From NCBI GenBank assembly GCA_024699055.1, contig JAILQG010000107.1, positions 14,494 to 78,493 on the forward strand: 64,000 nt of DNA, written 5' to 3'. Positions within the stretch are counted from its first letter, which is position 1, and each line of letters starts with the position of its first letter. The position numbers were made by a program, and so were the translations under genes. The notes beneath the pieces were generated by a model. That model searched no databases and had not been told where the DNA came from. It worked only from the letters and a program-made list of their open reading frames with translations. The DNA is from Bacteroidales bacterium. Lineage in GTDB: Bacteria; Bacteroidota; Bacteroidia; Bacteroidales; UBA932. Positions 61,867-64,000 of the stretch are shown in pieces.

Positions 61867-63018
61867 ATGCAGGAAAGCAATTTCATAGACTACGTGCGCG
61901 TGCACTGTGCGTCCGGGCACGGAGGGGCTGGAAGCGCCCATCTGTACCACGCCAAGTACCAGTACAAGGGAGGTCCCGACGGAGGCAACGGCGGTAGGGG
62001 CGGCAGTGTCATTCTGCGCGCTAATCCCCAGTTCTGGACGCTCATCCACTTGAAATACCGTAAGAACATAATAGCCGAAAACGGCCAGCCGGGCGCCGGA
62101 GGGCTGCAGACTGGCAAGAGCGGAGCGGACGTTATCCTGGACGTGCCGCTTGGCACCGTGGTCAAGCGGCTCAACCCCGTGAAGGCTGAAAGGCCCCGTC
62201 CCGCGGCACCTGCGCCGGAGGAAAAGCAGTATGTGGAATTCTGGCGCGAAAAGAACACCCAGCTCGAAGAAGACGTCGAATATGAGGAAGACAGGCCGGA
62301 GGAAGAGTTTTTCGAAAGCAATCCGGTCGATTACGAGGAGGAGCAGATAGGCGAACTGGTAGAAGCCGGTCAGGAATTCGTCCTGTGCAAGGGCGGCCGC
62401 GGAGGACTCGGAAACAACAACTTCAAGACCTCCACCAACCAGGCGCCCCGTTACGCCCAGCCCGGCGAAGAGGGCGAGGAAGGCTGGTTCGTGCTCGAGC
62501 TAAAGCTTCTGGCGGACGTTGGCCTCGTTGGCTTCCCGAATGCGGGCAAGTCGACCCTTCTCGCCACCGTCACCAGCGCCAAGCCCAGGATTGCCGACTA
62601 CGCGTTTACCACGCTCGAGCCCAATTTGGGCATCGTGAAATACTACGACGGCAAGTCTTTCGTGATCGCCGACATACCCGGAATCATCGAAGGCGCCCAC
62701 GAGGGCAGGGGAATAGGAATCCGCTTCCTGCGCCACATCGAACGCAACTCGGTGCTGCTGTTCATGGTCAGTGCCGAAGAAGACGACATCGCGGCAGGCT
62801 ACGCCACGCTCCTGCACGAACTCGAGATGTACAATCCCGAACTGATGGTGAAAGACCGCGTGCTCGCCGTCACGAAATGCGACCTGCTCGACGAGGAGCT
62901 GGAAGCCGCGATCGAGCCTACACTTCCGAAGGATATTCCGCATGTCTTCATCTCCTGCTTCTCGCGTGAGGGGCTGCAGGAGCTTACCGACCTGCTTTGG
63001 AAGACGCTCCAGGCATGA
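61867..63018 (+). CDS. obgE: GTPase ObgE/CgtA with an acidic insertion
   Basis: GGPDGGNGGRGG, GLVGFPNAGKST, YAFTTLEPNLG, DIPG and TKCD. Confidence 0.95.
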   Translation: MQESNFIDYVRVHCASGHGGAGSAHLYHAKYQYKGGPDGGNGGRGGSVILRANPQFWTLIHLKYRKNIIAENGQPGAGGLQTGKSGADVILDVPLGTVVKRLNPVKAERPRPAAPAPEEKQYVEFWREKNTQLEEDVEYEEDRPEEEFFESNPVDYEEEQIGELVEAGQEFVLCKGGRGGLGNNNFKTSTNQAPRYAQPGEEGEEGWFVLELKLLADVGLVGFPNAGKSTLLATVTSAKPRIADYAFTTLEPNLGIVKYYDGKSFVIADIPGIIEGAHEGRGIGIRFLRHIERNSVLLFMVSAEEDDIAAGYATLLHELEMYNPELMVKDRVLAVTKCDLLDEELEAAIEPTLPKDIPHVFISCFSREGLQELTDLLWKTLQA

Positions 63019-63611
63019 ATCTCCTGAACCTTCTCTCCTTTCTGGACAGGGAGGCCACCCTGGCCCTGAACTCCCTGCACGTTCCGCTGACGGATGCGGT
63101 GTGGATGCTGTTCTCCGACAAAAAGGTATGGTATCCGCTCTACCTTATCCTGATAGTGCTGCTGTTCCTGCGCATGAATTGGAAAAAAGCCCTGATCGTG
63201 CTCGTTTCGGCCGTTCTGGCGGTCGTGGCGTGCGACCAGCTGGCAAACCTCGTGAAGGATGCCGTATGCCGCCTGAGGCCCTGCTGGGACAGCCGTATGC
63301 TGTCGGGAGGGCTCCGCGTCCTTGAAGGGAAAGGTAACCTGTACGGCTTCTTCTCCGCGCACGCTGCCAACGCCTTCGCCCTTGCGGCCAGCCTTGGAAC
63401 CGGCTTCAGGAGCGGCGACAAATCGCGCAGTTACAAGGGCTTGTCGGCAGCAATGTATGTTTGGGCTACCTTGGTAGGACTGAGCCGCATATTCGTCGGA
63501 AAGCATTTCCTTGGAGACGTCCTGGCGGGAGCGGCGGTAGGTCTGCTGGCGGGCTGGCTTTTTGGCCGGCTTGCACGGTGGGCAATTGAGAAATATTCGC
63601 TATATTTGTAA
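63015..63611 (+). CDS. PAP2 family phosphatase
   Basis: KDAVCRLRP, FSAHAAN and SRIFVGKHF. Confidence 0.88.
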   Translation: MNLLNLLSFLDREATLALNSLHVPLTDAVWMLFSDKKVWYPLYLILIVLLFLRMNWKKALIVLVSAVLAVVACDQLANLVKDAVCRLRPCWDSRMLSGGLRVLEGKGNLYGFFSAHAANAFALAASLGTGFRSGDKSRSYKGLSAAMYVWATLVGLSRIFVGKHFLGDVLAGAAVGLLAGWLFGRLARWAIEKYSLYL

Positions 63612-63616
63612 GTTAT

Positions 63617-64000
63617 ATGGGAAAAACGATAGCAATAGCCAACCAGAAGGGCGGAGTGGGGAAGACCACTACCGCCATCAACCTCGCCGCATCCCTCGCA
63701 GTGCTCGAGAAGAAGGTGCTGGTCATCGACGCAGACCCTCAGGCCAATACCACCAGCGGCCTCAATTTCTCGCCCGACAGCGATGAAAAGCGCACCATTT
63801 ACGAGGTAATGATAGGAAAGATAGGCGTGGAAGACGCTCTCATCCAGACCGAAATCGCGAATCTCCACATGATTCCCTCGCACATCAATCTGGTCGGAGC
63901 GGAAATCGAGATGCTCGATGTTCCCGAGCGCGAGTCGGTGCTCGCCAAGGCCCTTGCTCCCATCAAGGACTCCTACGACTACATCATTATCGACTGTTCG
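63617..64000 (+). CDS. parA: ParA/Soj ATPase, 5' part (runs off window end)
   Basis: Manual translation MGKTIAIANQKGGVGKTTTAINLAASLA...IDADPQANTTSGL...YDYIIIDC. Confidence 0.93.
   Translation, partial: MGKTIAIANQKGGVGKTTTAINLAASLAVLEKKVLVIDADPQANTTSGLNFSPDSDEKRTIYEVMIGKIGVEDALIQTEIANLHMIPSHINLVGAEIEMLDVPERESVLAKALAPIKDSYDYIIIDCS

Overview
This is a gene-dense Bacteroidales chromosomal window, judged from TAnnTTTG -7 promoters, lipoprotein pilins and Bacteroidetes-type gene orders. The dominant structure is a diverged inverted duplication of about 17 kb. The block ComEA-like/hpt/adk/murF/lptG/tgt/nucleoside permease/two pilus-type lipoproteins/ssb/Zn-ribbon gene/bactofilin/secA/tRNA-Gly/DUF4493 lipoprotein/small RNA at 5054-21673 reappears in mirror order at 44063-61820. 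All ORFs in both copies are intact, and divergence is at the species level (hand counts: Adk about 79%, SSB about 48% aa identity). It is either a congener-derived merodiploid segment or an assembly/binning chimera. The unique middle holds two type V pilin clusters, gdhA with a PEP-synthase-like gene, nifJ, fabD, tRNA-Arg and an M16 peptidase. The flanks hold nadE, a thioesterase and glpABC (left) and obgE, a PAP2 gene and parA (right). Comparing the two arms reveals two conserved non-coding features. (i) A ~75-nt candidate sRNA with 41 identical nt, a covarying GNRA hairpin and a seed antisense to AUG-AAA start regions. (ii) A shared promoter motif (TTTTACYCCC at fixed spacing from a degenerate -7 box) that links the ComEA-like barrel, an OB-fold surface lipoprotein, the ssb/Zn-ribbon divergon and both pilin clusters. 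The second is a candidate type-V-pilus-associated DNA-uptake regulon. No CRISPR array, transposase, integrase or rRNA was seen.
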